A stretch of 64,000 nt of DNA from Camelus dromedarius (taxonomy: Eukaryota): assembly GCF_036321535.1 (NCBI RefSeq), contig NC_087437.1, positions 87,484,001-87,548,000 on the forward strand, given 5' to 3'. Positions within the stretch are counted from its first letter, which is position 1; every line of letters starts with the position of its first letter. Shown here piece by piece: positions 37,771 to 51,979 of this stretch. Position numbers and translations under genes: made by a program. A model generated the notes under the pieces. The model ran no database searches, was not told the origin of the DNA, and worked only from the letters and a program-made list of their open reading frames with translations.

Positions 37771-38170
37771 TATAATAGGTTGAACAATTGTGCCTTAAAG
37801 ATGTCCACATCCTAATGCCCAGAAAATATAAATGTGTTACCTTACGTGGCAAAGGGGATTCTGCAGATGTGATTGTGTTAAGGATTTTTTAGATGGGAGA
37901 GTATCCTGAATCATCAAAGTAAGACTTATGTAATCACAAGGTCTTTACAAGAGGGAGACAAAAGTGTCAGCATCATAGAAGATGTGATGACAGAAGCAGA
38001 GATTTGAAGATGCTGTGCTGTTGGCCTTGAAGATGGAGGAAGGGGCCATGAATGAAGAAATGAGGTGGTCTCTAACAGCTGGAAATGGCAAAGAAGTAGA
38101 TTTTCCCTAGCATCTCTAGAAGGAATACAACTCTGCTGATCCATTTTGAACTTCTGACCTCCAGAATGCC
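37771..38170 (+). mobile_element. MaLR LTR (MLT1D-like)
   Basis: 'aaagatgtccacatcctaat…tgttaccttacgtggcaaaggggattctgcagatgtgatt…gccttgaagatggaggaaggggccatga…acttctgacctccagaa'. Confidence 0.9.
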
Positions 38171-40007
38171 AAGTCTTAATTAAAATATTGTAAAACTATT
38201 GCCTTCCGAAAATAGGTACCTTAGAATCCTGCTAAAATGTTGCTTCCTGAAATGCTAACTTCAGTTTCTTGAATGTATTCTGAATTTACTAAATTTTTAG
38301 CTGGAATCCTGCCTCCCCTCCCTCCATCCTCCACATACACACTGGTCATGTACCATTTCATTAGCACCCTACTCAGAATGCTACTTTCCCGGTGAATGGA
38401 GTCCTGATTTCATCAGGGTCTGTAACTTCCAGTTGCACAGTGTACCTGTTTTACAGTCCTTTACATACTATGCCATGCGTTACAGTTATTTATGTCCTCT
38501 CTTTCTCCACCAGATTGAGAGTTACCTGAATCTGTGGATGCTAGTTGCCTCTTCTTTATAACCACGAGTTCCTCACCGAGGACATGGCTCTAGCTAGGTG
38601 ATCGGTGAAAGTATGTCGAATTAAACTATGGCTGCTTAGAACTGTGTCTTTATAAAGCCAGCTCGCACCCATTTAATAACTTCTAGGTCTGCCACAAGGC
38701 TTTAATAAATATGGTGCAAGCCCCAAAAATGCACTTTTGGGTCAAATATATTGAGTTCAATCCTCTTCCCCACAAATATTGCTGAAATGAGCCTGGATTC
38801 CATCCCAGTTTCTGTCAAAGAGAACTTTATAGGCAACTCCTGGCTTTGGCTGAGGCCTTTATCCCAGGGACTCAAAGGCCATTACAGCTGCAAATGCTTC
38901 AAATCATAACAGAAAAGGAGGTTATGTTACTAAGTTATGTGAACTTTTTCAAATTCAACACATCAATCATTCTCCTTAAAACAGTAAATTTTCTGTACAG
39001 TACAACACATTTCTGAGGTAAAGAAAAAATATTTTATATCTTGCTGGATAGCATTGGAAAACATCACTATTTTAAAATATTCCTATTAAGTATTCTTACA
39101 TGATTAGGTTCTGATTGGAAATGGCTCATTGACAGGTAACATTTTTCTTAGTTGTTATAGGTGCTCCTTTGCCTCTTCTCAATGTGAAAATCTACACCAG
39201 GCTATTTTGGACTCTTAGTGGAATTCTTCTAAGAGGGAATATATGAAACTCTGGATCAAATCACAATACCTGTTTCATTTGTCATACTTGTAGTTTCCTG
39301 ATGGTACTTTAGTGGTTGTTGAAAAAGTCTTAAATGTGTATGTTCCTCATGGGGTGTTTGAAAGTTTGCATCTAGATACAGTGGATAAAATTTTTTATAT
39401 GCATTTGATCTGACCAATGTCTATGTCTACTGAAGAACTCCAAAAATGTAGCTACACCAGCATAGAAATGTTGTAATTGTGAAAGGGTTCTGTCATATTA
39501 AAATTTTGTATTTTAGTGCCTCTGCTAATTTTTAAAAATATTTAATATTAGTCATTTTCTATGCTTCAAATATCCTACATTAATATTTTCCATCCCTGGC
39601 CACTGATAGACTGACTCATTTCTAAAGTCTTCTCTTTTGAGTGTCTATTATAGACCATTTATGGTACAGCATTTTAAGAAATCAGATCTTCAAAGCTCAT
39701 TCTTCCTTAAAAGGTAACTTTAAGGAAGATTTCTGCTCCTTCAAAGTCCCAAGATTTTCAGGTGAAAGCAATGGATGCTGCCTTGGAACATCTGGCATTC
39801 AGGAATTGGGGAATATTCCTCAATTGACTATATTCAGGATATAGATGAATGTACCCATTTTTGTTGGGAGGAGAGAAAGGAAAAGGGGATCAAATTTATT
39901 CTGGGGCCTTACGAAGTTTGTTGTTGATATTGTTATTGGCCAGTTTATTTTCAAGTGCCTGTGCTCACATATTCAAAATACACTGCTGCTACTGCTTTGT
40001 GTGAAAC

Positions 40008-40200
40008 TACTGTGGTGTAGTGGGAAAAGTAAGGATGCTAGAGTCAGACAAACTTGGTTTAAATTCTCATCTATGTTCTTAATGACGTGTGTCAACTTCC
40101 TCATCTGTTAAAGAAAAACTTACCTACTCTGGTATTGTTGTGAGAATCACAAGTGATATTTTACCGCAGTTCCTGATATGTAATGAGCATTTCAAAGTTA
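40008..40200 (+). mobile_element. MIR SINE
   Basis: 'tgtggtgtagtgggaaa…gagtcagacaaacttggtttaaattc…ttcctcatctgt…ttgttgtgagaat'. Confidence 0.7.
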
Positions 40201-42368
40201 TCATTATTCCCTGTTTACATTTATGAAGAGAAAAATGAGGCTGACTGTTTTCCATTATCGTTTGAGAGTTACACATATGAATTAAGACTTTTCACATCAT
40301 GCTTGACTGACAAAAAGTAGTCTAAGTTTTAATTAAGGGCAAGGTTTGAATGTTGTCAAACACTTTTTCACTGATTTTTTAAATGGTGGTGTTGAATATA
40401 TTACAGGATTGTGGGGAGGGATTGTGGATGTGATGTCTCAAATGGAACCATGCAGGAAATAGGACAAAGGACAAGATGCAGTAGCTGAAGAACACTCAGG
40501 AAGAGAGAAAATTTAGAGGAGGGTTTAAGAGTTTGTGCGTTGTACCCACAGTCTAAATTTCCCCTCCTCCAAATGAAGCTTCAAGAACGTCTACCTCATT
40601 TTCAGTGTTTTTTCAGTTTGAATTTGTATGTGTGCATATGTGTGTACACCCACGTGCAGTCCTGTCTGCTTTCCTGACTGTAGTCAAATACTAAGGTTGG
40701 ATCAAGTGTAATTCAAAGACACTCAGTTTGATTTAGGTTACACTTCTTGCGCCCATCGAAGATGACTTGATTATGTATTCATACTTTAATCATTTTCAAC
40801 GTGCTATTTTTGAAAAACATAGGTAGAGAGAAGCAAACAATTAATTTGATGATCCACTTCTTATGAAATTCAACTGAATCAATGTATGCTAAATACACTC
40901 TGGAAGAAAAACTACCCATTGAAGTAGAAACGCCACCTCCTGTAGGAAGCCTTCCGTGGACAATCCCAGGCAGAAACAATGTTCTCTCCCGTCTGCAGTT
41001 AACTCATCAGGACATGAACAAGCATCATGTGGCAAAGCTGCATATATGCCTTCCCTTCCATCCTTTCAGACTGTGAATTTCTTCAATGTAGAGACTGTGT
41101 CTTACTCATTTTTATATGCTTAGCTCAATAAATACTTGTAGAATTATTTGCTTTAACAAAAGTTTAGTTTATGAAATAGAATACCAATTTTTCGCATAGA
41201 ATAGAATTTTTTAACATTCCTTTCTAATTCCTGGAATGATTATATTTGCAAACTGTGGCATCTTTTTCTTACTATAAAAATATATGCTGAGCATGCAATC
41301 CAGGCGGAGGGATCTGTGTGGTCTTGAGGGATATTTCCTTCAGGCTGTGGTAGAGCTTGGAAAATCATCTTTGCTTTTCTATAGACTATACTTTCTAATG
41401 GCTCTAGTGTTGATGCTCTCAAATAATGTCTTATTCCCATTTCAATAGTACTAGAAAAATGCTGACTTTTTTTTTTGACTTTATATTCCCAAAATTCCAT
41501 GCAGAATGCCATGGTCCTGAGAGGGTATATCTCTTTAAAGAAATTAAGATTAATTAAATCACAAACCTCTTGATTTACAACAAAGTTACAAACCGTCTCT
41601 TTGGGTTTATTAATAATGAATTATTAATCTCTTTACTATGAATTTATTCTTGTACTAAGAGAATGACGTTTTATTACCTGGTCCTCAGATTTTTGGAGTG
41701 CATGCTTCTTGGAGTCTGCAGCTGCTTTCCTAATCATGAAGACAGCCACAGACGAAAGGTGAGATTTAGGACTTCTATCTTCTCAATTTGGGAAAGAAAT
41801 TTTTAAGAAATCTATCTCTTTTTTTCTGTGTGAGTGTGTATGTGTGTGTGTGTGTGCACGTGTGTCTCTTTTTCTTAAAAATCAGCCAATAAAACAGTGA
41901 TTTTCATTTTTAAAAAATTAAATCAAATGGATTTACTGGTTATTTTAGTTTCACATAAGTTTAATGTGAACGTTAAGGGGAAATAAAATTTGGGTTACCT
42001 ACTGGGTTAATTTCCATATTCCTGTTAGATCTTGGTCATATGCCTTCCAGTGCTTTTAAAAACATCTGTAACTAGTGAATTGGGACAAAATAGTGAAATG
42101 CAGCATCCAAATGGAACTATGGAGGTTTGGATTTCCTAATGGAAAACTGGAAAATATATTTTTTCATACTTAGTGAACTCTTTCATTTGGCAGAATATTA
42201 TACTTTAGGCCATAAATGAAAGAAATTAAATACTGCATCAGCAAATGGTGACAGGGAAAAAACATACAGACATAAACATATTCTTACAAGGAAGCATTTG
42301 GGTGGCCTGAGCAAAAAAACCTCAATTAAAACCAAATGTTTAATGTGTATCCAAACTATAAAACTTAC

Positions 42369-42412
42369 CTGTCAAAATTAACCCCATGCTTATCCATTTA
42401 AAACATCCAAAT
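42369..42412 (-). other. Candidate small exon, 44 nt
   Basis: T-rich acceptor ending 'gttgtttgtcag|A', perfect donor 'CAG|gtaagt'. Confidence 0.3.
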
Positions 42413-43914
42413 CTGACAAACAACAAAAAAAAAGTTTAATTCCGACTTCAAACCATGTGATAGTAGACGATTAAGCGGCTCCATCTTTTTACCATCTTAG
42501 TGATTCTATAATATCTCGGAACAGCAGCAATATTTATGTCTTTAGTTTATTACGGCAAACATTTATTGCATTTCTATTGCGGGCCATTACTGTGAGAAGC
42601 ACAAGAACAAAGATACTTAAATCCCAGTCCTTTCATTTAAAGAATCACAATCCAGCAGGGTGGGAGGGGGTGGAGTTGCAATTTACTTTTTAAATCAATA
42701 AGATTGATTGTAGTTTCTAAAAGCCATAGTTTTTTTTTTTCTTTTTCTTATGCTTATTGGGTTTTAATAAGATGTGGAAGAGATTATTTAATGAATAAAT
42801 TATTTGAAAATGAAATTACCCTCACAGCTAGTCTTAGATTGCGCTTACATGCATGAAAGAACAGAGCAGATTTGCAACCTAGCGAAGCCCCATCTTCCTT
42901 TTTTTGCAGAAGCTCACTGTTAGCCGGAATACACTATGTACATGAGGAAAGACATATCTCATTGTTTATTCAGATTTCCAAGCTTTGTCTTTAACTCGCA
43001 CTAAAACCATGACTGTCTTCAAATTAAAGCTGCAAATCAAACTGCTGGAACTAAGTCTGCAGCTGATGTTACTGCCTAGATATTTTGTATTCAAAATTTT
43101 TATCTCTGAGAGAGGCATTATCTCTCTCTCTCTCCTTTTTAACCACCTTAACAGCAGCTACATTCCAATTGACTTGGTGAGATGAATGCCATTTACACTT
43201 CGGTTTGCACCTTTTTGAAAATGCTCATGAGGGAATAAATCTACACTTTCCAGAATGATTGTGCATAAGGAAGCCAGAGGCTGTTAAGAAGAGGTGTTAG
43301 ACACGTATGGGAATGTATTAGTTACAATCACACCTAAACCTCAATGATTTCCAAAGTGATAGTGCTAAAGTATACAAGAAAGCTGAGAGAGTTGGCCAAG
43401 ATTAATTACACTTGACTTTTGTTAATTACAAATGGCAAAAACTTCATAATTTCTATGGGTAGGGCATTTGGTTGTAAAGCTTTGTGGAAACAGATACAAG
43501 AGCTTTCATGCAATTATTTATAAACATGTTTAACTTGCTTCTTTGGATAAAGGAACATAAGAGTTACAGTGTCTTGGTATTAAAATATGAGCATGAGTTT
43601 ATAAGTAAGCAGGTTATCTGGATTTATTAAGAAGTTGATACGATTCTTCAACCTTTGTGGCAATAGCATGGTTGTGCCATTTGCTTTCCTATAGTGATTT
43701 GCAGCAAAGTCTTCAAACAATAATAAGAAAAGAAAAAGTGGTGAACTTGAAAGACTGTGCTACTACTTAGAACTAGGCATGTACAGGGATGAAACATAAG
43801 AGGCTGAACAGGCAGAACACAGAACAGGCATGGGTGGAAGCAGACCTAAAGAACAAAGCATCTGGCTGACCTGATGCCTTCAGCGGGGAGAGAGGCAAGT
43901 CCCAGAGTCGGCAA

Positions 43915-44110
43915 GGCAGAGTATGAATTAGAAAATTCTGACTTTGGAGGCCTATGGATTCAGATTCAATTCCTAGCCCTGCCTTTTATTATTTGTGTAA
44001 TCTTTAAGCACCTACAGAGTCATCCATTCTAAACTAGTGAGAATAATACCTGCTCAGTTATGTTGTCATAAAGAGCCAAAATAATGTTGTAATGAACTAA
44101 GATAACTCAT
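43915..44110 (+). mobile_element. MIR SINE
   Basis: 'gactttggaggc…gattcaattcctagccctgcc…gaataatacct'. Confidence 0.55.
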
Positions 44111-44326
44111 GTACAGGAGGCACCAACATAAGAGACTGAGAAGTGATGGTTGGGAGTATAGGGGAGACAGATATATTGAAATACTTTTACAGAAAAAAAA
44201 AATGTCTGTGACGAGTACTTAATAAGAGACTGTCTAATGATGGAATGGAATGTTGCCGAATGTTAGAAACAGAGAAGTATCTGTAGGATTTGGAATTGGA
44301 TGAGTGAAAAAAAAAACTACAATGTA

Positions 44327-44481
44327 CAGTGGTCCCTCAGAATTCACTGGAATTCTAGGACCCCCTGCAGATACCAAAAACTGAGATGCTCAAGTCCCTT
44401 ATATAAAATGGTGTAGTACAATGAATACAGTCAGCCCTTCCTATGCGAGGTTTTAATTCAGCAGATTTGGAAGGTGGACTG
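44327..44481. mobile_element. TcMar-Tigger MITE (MER2-like)
   Basis: Ends cagtggtccctc…gaaggtggactg, with a TA dinucleotide outside each end (Tc1/mariner TSD); internal 'gatgctcaagtcccttatataaaatggtgtagta'. Confidence 0.85.
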
Positions 44482-46034
44482 TAAATGTTTTCCTGTAAAT
44501 AAGGGCTAACAGGGGAGGAGCAGTAGATTCAGTCCACAGTGGAGAGGACAGAGAAATGGTGATGAAAGGGAGGAGTGCTGATCAGAGTAAAGGAGTGTCT
44601 AAGGAACTAGATGAAATTATGGCAGTACGATCAATAAGAATGTTGTCTGACCCCCACATTTACTTTATCATTTTTGTCTGAAAGTTCCATTAAAATATAT
44701 CAATTTTTTGTGAGACATAAATCATCTTAAATAATCTAAAAAGTACAATGTCAGTAATTATCATATGAAATACTTATGGGTTTCCCTTGGATAAGTGTTG
44801 GTGTTATGGAGCCAACATCAACACACTACACTTGGACAGTGGTAAGTTTAGCATTGTCTATTTCATCATATTCATCTTAGTATTCATTATAGAGCCTAAA
44901 ATTGTATTTGAATATTAAGGAAATTGATTTTTTTCAGTTAGTCGATGGAATTAGTATTAGGCAAAAATGCAGTTCTTTTGAGATAATGACAAAATGCTTC
45001 ATTTCTATTTTTACTTGTGAATAGTACTAATAAAATAAGAAATTATTAACACCAAATGAAATAACTTAATGATGATTAATATAACATTTATATATAGGGT
45101 GATTGGGCAATTAATTTCTCTAGGCTTCTGAAAGAAAAATATATGAAATGAAAATTCAAAAGAGTCGTCTTGAAATAGAGTTGATTGTAACTGCAAACAG
45201 TACACCAAGGAAAATTATGATGAAATTTAGAATTCTTGTGGCAGGAAGCAATTTTGAACACAGTCTTGCTTGAAGAAGTACATAAGATTATCTTAAAGAG
45301 AAAATTGGAAATACCCATCTCAAACTCTTTCTAATGAAGCAGGATCATGACACTCCAACTGTATAGCATCCTTTGAATTCAGGAGAAGTTCCAAGGGAAG
45401 AACTGTGGCTTGGTGGAAAGGAAGGAACTCAGCCCTACATTTGTAAAATCCAAGCAATGTTCTAAAAACATATTAAAAAAGAAACTTCCAAAGCACCTAC
45501 TATATGCCTTAGGGATAAGAGAATAGAGACTGCCAAGTTTTAAAATCAGTTTCTAAGAGGTTTCTAGCTTTGCAGCATACTTGAGGTTTAACATATGAGA
45601 CATCTTCATTTAGTGGGGGAAAAAAATAAAGAAACTCTTACAATGATTTTGGAGAGCTCTTACAAAACTATATTTTGATGATCTAACTTTAAATGGATTA
45701 GAAACATACAGATTAAATTTCTCTAGAAAGAAACTACTTAGGAATTGAGGGTCCCTTTGCTGGGCCAAGGATAGCTTGGCACTGGACAGCCTAGAGTCTT
45801 TGAAAAAAACCCTCAAATATTTGATGAACCCAAATGGCAGCCAAGTTCCCAGAAAATATTGAGCAGATGATGGTTACTGATATGTAAGCTAAATCTCCTA
45901 GTGGATTTACAATCACTAGGACATTAACTATTGGATATGTAAGGGAAGTAAGTGATCAGAAGAAATACACATAAGGCTAAATGTTCCTTTACTTATACTC
46001 AATTCCTAACTGACTTTATCCTCCATGTAACAGA

Positions 46035-46035
<1 letters not shown>

Positions 46036-46080
<45 letters not shown>
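46036..46080. repeat. (TG)22 perfect microsatellite
   Basis: Read directly. Confidence 0.98.
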
Positions 46081-46082
<2 letters not shown>

Positions 46083-46837
46083 AAGTCTGTCTCTTCGAGT
46101 CCAGCATGGTGGATACGTAATATAGTACCCTATATGCATATGTGACTCTCATTATTATTCTTGTTTCACAACATAAATTAAAAAAAAAAAAAGGTAACAC
46201 TTAATTTTCCAAAAGCTTGTAAAAGTTTTAATTCAGTTTGTTTTTGTTTGTATTGTGAAACATGCAAAGAAGGGCAGAAATCACATGCTGAAAAAAAATG
46301 GGCAACCACGTAAGAAGTGAAATACCAAAGTTCCTTTGAATTTCTTGCATAATCTACTATCTCCTCATCCCCCCACTTTGTTTCTTCATCTGTCAACTAG
46401 CTTCAGAGCCTCCAGTATCTTCAAATGTATTTTAATGTGTTTTCAGGGTAATTTTTCTAAACATTAGTTTATGTGCCCTACAAAATATTGTCCAACTGAA
46501 CATGTTGCTCATCTTTCAGCCAGCTCTCCGCACTGATGCTCCAGCCTTTTGGAATTAGTTGGCCTCAACACCTCTCCAAATCATAGTCCCTTTTCAGGAT
46601 ATGATATCTTTCCTTTTATGTTGGTGAACTGTGCTCACTTATGATGCGTCTGTGGTGTCCACATCCTCTCTTAAGCATTGCTTGGACTCCCTGGGCTTAA
46701 TGAAGAACCTCATCTCTTGGTTTCTAGCCTGTGCCCCTAGTATTCCTTTGATAAATAAGAAAAGGTCTTAAATTCATCCTTGTATCCTTGTGTGGAAAAA
46801 GTGACTAACCATGCAACTAAGTTGTTCTTCCTCTTCT

Positions 46838-47226
46838 GTAGGATAGAATTGTTTTTCGTAAGCAGCTCTACAAGCCCTGTTTTTATTTTCCGATTCCTCT
46901 TGCATTTGGGTAGAGTCTTACCAAGTTAAAAAAAAAAAGTGTGAAATTTGTCATTTCCAGAACAAAGCAATTAAATTATGTTACCATACCTATCCTTTTC
47001 TACTCCATCTTGAGGTGAGAACCCTGGCACTTTGAGGCCCTGGGGAGCAGTGGGACCCAAGACAGAAGGGACCTGGGTCCTTGAACCTGAGGAAAGTTTC
47101 ATGCCAACTAGGAGTGTCCTCATTGAATGCTTGCATGAGCCAGAATTAAACTTGTATTTTCTTTCACTGTTGAAATTTTGAACTTTATTTGTTACAGTAA
47201 CTAGAATGACCCTGCCTAGCATGCAC
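46838..47226 (+). mobile_element. MaLR LTR (MLT1J-like)
   Basis: 'gaagggacctgggtccttgaa…catgagccagaattaaacttgtatt…tttatttgttacagtaactag'. Confidence 0.65.
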
Positions 47227-47544
47227 AGGAATAGCAGAGCAATCACTGCGGAAAGAATAATTAATAACCGAATAGGTTAGTGAGTGAAACTGCCCAGCTC
47301 TCCAAGAACTCTCTTCTGCTAAGTGCAGGAAACATCAGCCTGAGAGTTTATTTATCTTTATTATTTGATCTCAATAGAAACACAAAGGACACTGAAGAAG
47401 AAGGCAGACCTGTTATCAAATGCCATCAATTAAAAGTTTTAATTATACTTCTTAAGGCTTCACAGAGTTTCCCATTTTCTCCATATTCCAACATGTAACG
47501 TGTTACCAGGACGTACTAAGGACAAGGATGACAGCCTTAGTGGC

Positions 47545-47710
47545 AGATATTTAATGAGCATTTCTAATGAACCGTCACTGCTTTAAGCATTTTATATGTA
47601 TTCACTCATTTAGTCTCACAGAAATCCTATGAAAAACAAAGTAGATAATGAAATTGAGGCACCAAAAGGTTAAGTAACTCCAGCAATCAGACTCCAGATA
47701 TTATATTTCT
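47545..47710 (-). mobile_element. MIR SINE
   Basis: 'taagcattttatatgtattcactcatttagtctcacagaaatcctatga…gaaattgaggcacc…ggttaagtaact'. Confidence 0.8.
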
Positions 47711-49749
47711 TAGTAAGTCTCAGTTAAATGGAATTTGCACAACAATGTAATAAGGGTTAGGACTGGAAAAGGACATGGCACTAAAAGGCTAGGGACAAGG
47801 AAGACAAATGTGGCGTATGACCCAGCCCCATCTAGGGTAGAAATGGAGCGAAAAGTTAAAAATAAACTTTTACTGAATAATACCCTAGATGTTTACCAGT
47901 GAGTAACAAAGGGAATTTAAAACACACTCACTCTGTTTTTGAGCAGTAAACAGTCATTTTATGCCAGCTGGTGGGGCCCAACGGATTCCATTTATTAAGA
48001 GAGTTTTCTGTGGAGGTGCCTGGATCACTGTGCCCTCCAGAACTCCTGGAAATAGAAGCAAGCTGGGCTACATGCACCTATGCAGAGGCTTCTTTAAAAT
48101 GTTAGCAATTAAGACATAAATTTTAAAAAACCCCAGCAATGCAATGGTAGGAACAAAACTGTTTCTGCTTCCTTAGGATTCAATACTTTATCCCTTTATT
48201 TCAAGTTACACAAGAACCATTAGTTTGGAAGCTTAGTTCTCAAGAGCGCTAACCATACACAAATGCAACTCAGGTGGTTTCCTCTCCAGGGGCTCAGAAT
48301 CAAGCAGAGGAGAGAGGAGCCAGGCCAGCAGGTCTTGTGGTTTCCATTGTTTCGTTTGGCGACGGTTGCAGCCTTTGGCTTGTTCCATACACTTATGGAA
48401 AGGCAAACCTCAAAGGTTTGGCTAGAACTTTACAAGTTGTTTGTGAAACTCCCAAAGACAGAAAAATAAACCACAGAGCTTTGGGTGAAAAATGTAGCAC
48501 TGTGTTCTCATAATAACTGTCCTCCTTCCAAGGTCCAGTTTCCACCCTCAAGGCTCGTTGCTTCACAGTATGCATTTTCATACAGATCCTTATTTTTTTT
48601 CTCTCTGAAGGAAGTTCTCAGCACAAGTAGGATAAAAATTAAAACCTGAAAGCAAGTATGGAACAGTAACAAGAGTCACTGAAATAGCTCGCAGGTCAAG
48701 AGGTCAGGGTTTGGGCCCTCATTTGTCACTAAGGCAATAGGTCACACAATCTTAGTTTCACGTCTGTAGATTTTTAACTTGTCATTGAGGTTGATCAGAA
48801 TGAGTTACATCTTTTCACTTATAGTATGTTCTCTTTAAGCTCCGCTTTTTTTACTGTTTTATAGTTTTTCTCCTCTGCTCCGATACTCTCTTTAGTTTCT
48901 ATTTCCCACATAGAAACTCGCTGTACTTTGTATAGATTATATCTTCGGGTACATATTGTATAAGTCAATGGCTAATAATGGAAGCCATCTAGTGTTTCCA
49001 ATGGAGGCAATTTCACAAAAGGGAACTGCTCTGTGGGTGATAAGCCAAATGACAGACGCTGAAGCAAACAGAATTAGGTGATGACTCAGTAACTTCCTTG
49101 GAGCAACACACCAAATATGACATATTTTTCCTCCAAAATCTAAAGTGACCTTTCAGTGTCGAGGGATTATCTCAACATGCCCCGAAGACCCTGTATCCCT
49201 TGTGTCCCTGGAAGACCTGTGGAGACATCATGCAAGTGGCAGGGTCTAGTGTGTTCTTGGTGTTCATCTCCCAATCTCTGACACTGTGTGTCTCGTTAAG
49301 GCGTCTAAGGTGCTTGCTTCTTGCTGCTTCCCAGAAGCAACCTGAATATCATCAATGTAATTGACCTCTGTGTTGTTCTGTGGAATGTGCTGATAATTAA
49401 AGTCTCTGAATAGCATCTTGTGATAGAGAGCAGGAACGGGAACACGGCCCTGAGCCTCTCCTTGTCTTTCAGTAACCCTTGGTCACAGTTAGGAAGCAGC
49501 AGTCCTGTAGTCCTGTAGCCATCACTGTTATCATGAGGGTTACTGCGACCATTGCTTAATCCTCCAAACACTTCCTTTCAACCAGAGTTTCACTTCAGGG
49601 AACTGCATATTTAATGCCTCTGCCTGTCACAGATGACTATTATTTCAGTTTCCATCTGCAGGGAGGTTATCACCATGTTAAAGATTAAGCAGATCAGTCT
49701 CCCAGTCTGCCTTAGGGCCTGTTTCCTGGGAACACTCCCAATAGTAAAT

Positions 49750-50300
49750 ATTATATCAGATTCCAATCAGAAATGGAAACCATTCTAGTATTTCAAGTGA
49801 GAAACTCAACATACTGAATTAAACAGGTGGTAGAGCAATTGAGAAGATAAAGGGGATGGTGAAGCAAATCAGAAGTTCGCAGGAGGAGCCCAGGAGCAGA
49901 GGAGACAGCAGATGACTGCAGCTCTGTGGGAGTGGAATGAGACTAGGAAAGGAGTGGTGGCCACAGAATCCAGACAGCAGGAAAATCCCACAGAACCGAG
50001 TCAGGAATTGCTTTGAAGGAGTTAGGGCCACAGAAGTAGGTCCTGTTTAGTGACAGTGGGAACCACAGAAATAAGATACAGCAACTGATGAAAAACGCCC
50101 ACACAGAACAGAGGGAGGGTGGGGAAAGGGAGCAGCAGAAGGGAGGGTTAGGGAGAGGAATAATACCCTGATTTCCTTCCTCTTCCTCTCTGACTTGAAC
50201 CAGTGCTTCCATTAGTCAAACCGAACCAGGCAGCAGTTAGCAAAAAGACCCATAGAAATGCAGCTTGCAGGGAAAGGATAGGGGGTGGGTCTGAGATCAA
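49750..50300 (-). mobile_element. Old LTR remnant (ERVL-MaLR-like)
   Basis: 'ttccaatcagaaatggaaaccattct' and 'cttccattagtcaaaccgaaccaggcagcag…gaaatgcagcttgcagg' resemble old mammalian LTR motifs. Confidence 0.45.
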
Positions 50301-50439
50301 ATAACAAAGACGATGGCCTATGTGTGTCCTTGTAAAACAGACCACACCATGTAGGAAGTGTAGAAAAGTTTCAATTCACATAAAAGATGTGGCAGAGATT
50401 TTATTCTCTTATTTGCTTCTCTTGGTATCTATTTTAATG

Positions 50440-51520
50440 GTTGTCCTTGGTGTGAAATGTGCACTGCTGTAGTATGCAGTATAGCATGGAGCCACAAAAA
50501 TGTACCTGTTCATTTTCTTAGTGATGACTATCTAAGTTGTCTTCACATCCCTGATACCACAATCAGTGCCACAAAGACCTTCCTTATGGACTTGGTGACA
50601 GTTAATTTATGCAGAATGAAATTTTTGAGTTTTGGACTATGTGAATACTAATCTCACCAAGTATGACGACTTTCTCCAGAATGGACCACTCTGGTTTATA
50701 CTGCACCAGAATTAAACCTTTTTGCTGTATTCCTGCCAGTAATTAGTACTGATCAACTTGAAGATTTCTGCTAATCTGAGATGTAGAACATGCTCCTCAT
50801 TACTGTTTTAATTGCGTGGCTCCACTTACTCATAACTGTATCTCCGGATATCTGTTAACTGTTGTTTCTCTTCTGTATGTTGCTCAGTCATACCTTTAAT
50901 TGTATTTCTATTCTGTTTCCTGTCTTTTGGTTTTATTATTGTTTGTTTTACAAATTTCTTTTGTATTCTAGACATTAATACCTAGTTTTTGCTATTTATT
51001 GAAAGTTAGTATTTGGTGATGTATATTGTAAAAACTACTTCTGATGTAACAAAATCCATTCTTTTATGGTTTGTGTTCTGTCTTGTTAAAGAAAATTTCC
51101 TCTAACACACAGGCACCAAAATATTCTGCATGCCCTTCTTTTAATTTAATAACTTTATTTTTTACTCAATCCATTATAGTTTACATTTGTTTTGTTCAAA
51201 AATGAACATCCTTTTGCTGTAATTAGTGTGTTGGCATTGCCCCACATTGTATGCAGAACACTCTGTCAGCTCCCAAATGATTGGCATTTGCACCTAAAGG
51301 TTCTCTGTTTATGGGGCACTCACATTCTGACCCCCTGTTTTGCTCCATGGGTATATTTGTCTGTAACTGGGGTAACATTACATTGTTTTCTAATGTAGTA
51401 GATACACAGCGTACTTTACAAACATCTGATAAGGTGGATAATCACTCCTTGGCCTTTTACTTTCTTTTATTTTGGGAAGTTGATTCAGCTATTTATGGAT
51501 CTTTGTTCTCATACTTACAT
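50440..51520 (-). mobile_element. Degenerate L1ME fragment, antisense
   Basis: 'tttctgctaatctgagatgtagaacatgctcctcattactgttttaattg', 'ttgtattctagacattaat', 'cttttatggtttgtgttctgtcttgttaaagaaa'. Confidence 0.7.
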
Positions 51521-51575
51521 TTTATGTTTTAGTGTTCAAAAATACTTACATTTTATGTTATAATATTCAAAAATA
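51511..51575. repeat. Tandem duplication, 31-bp period
   Basis: atacttacattttatgttttagtgttcaaaa and atacttacattttatgttataatattcaaaa. Confidence 0.9.
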
Positions 51576-51967
51576 TTTAGAAATACTCTCTTTCTATTTT
51601 CTTCTATCATTTCTACTTTAACCCAAGTGTAAACCCAATATGGTCATTTTGGGTTTCAGACATATGATTGTATATTTGTGATTATGCATTTATGTATTAT
51701 ATATAAATATATATAAATATTTTATATTTTAAATATACATACTCATACACTTTTTGTAAATGATTTCTAAGATTAACATTACATAAAGAAAATATAGTCT
51801 TTATTGTTTTTTTTCAATCTAGTATGATTTTTAGTCAGTTTTTGTTATATTCTATGCAAATCCTGCCTCATTCCTGGGCAGAGGAGGACAAGATCTGAAC
51901 TCTGTGCATACTGTCCTCAGATACGCAGCAGGGCTTCCTCACTGGCCGGTCCCTGCCCACCCTGCCA

Positions 51968-51979
51968 GCTGAGTCAGCA
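51968..51979. promoter_or_regulatory. Near-perfect T-MARE (Maf recognition element, AP-1 core)
   Basis: GCTGAGTCAGCA, reverse complement TGCTGACTCAGC: 12 of 13 positions of TGCTGACTCAGCA, with an AT-rich flank, inside a GC-richer unique patch. Confidence 0.4.
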
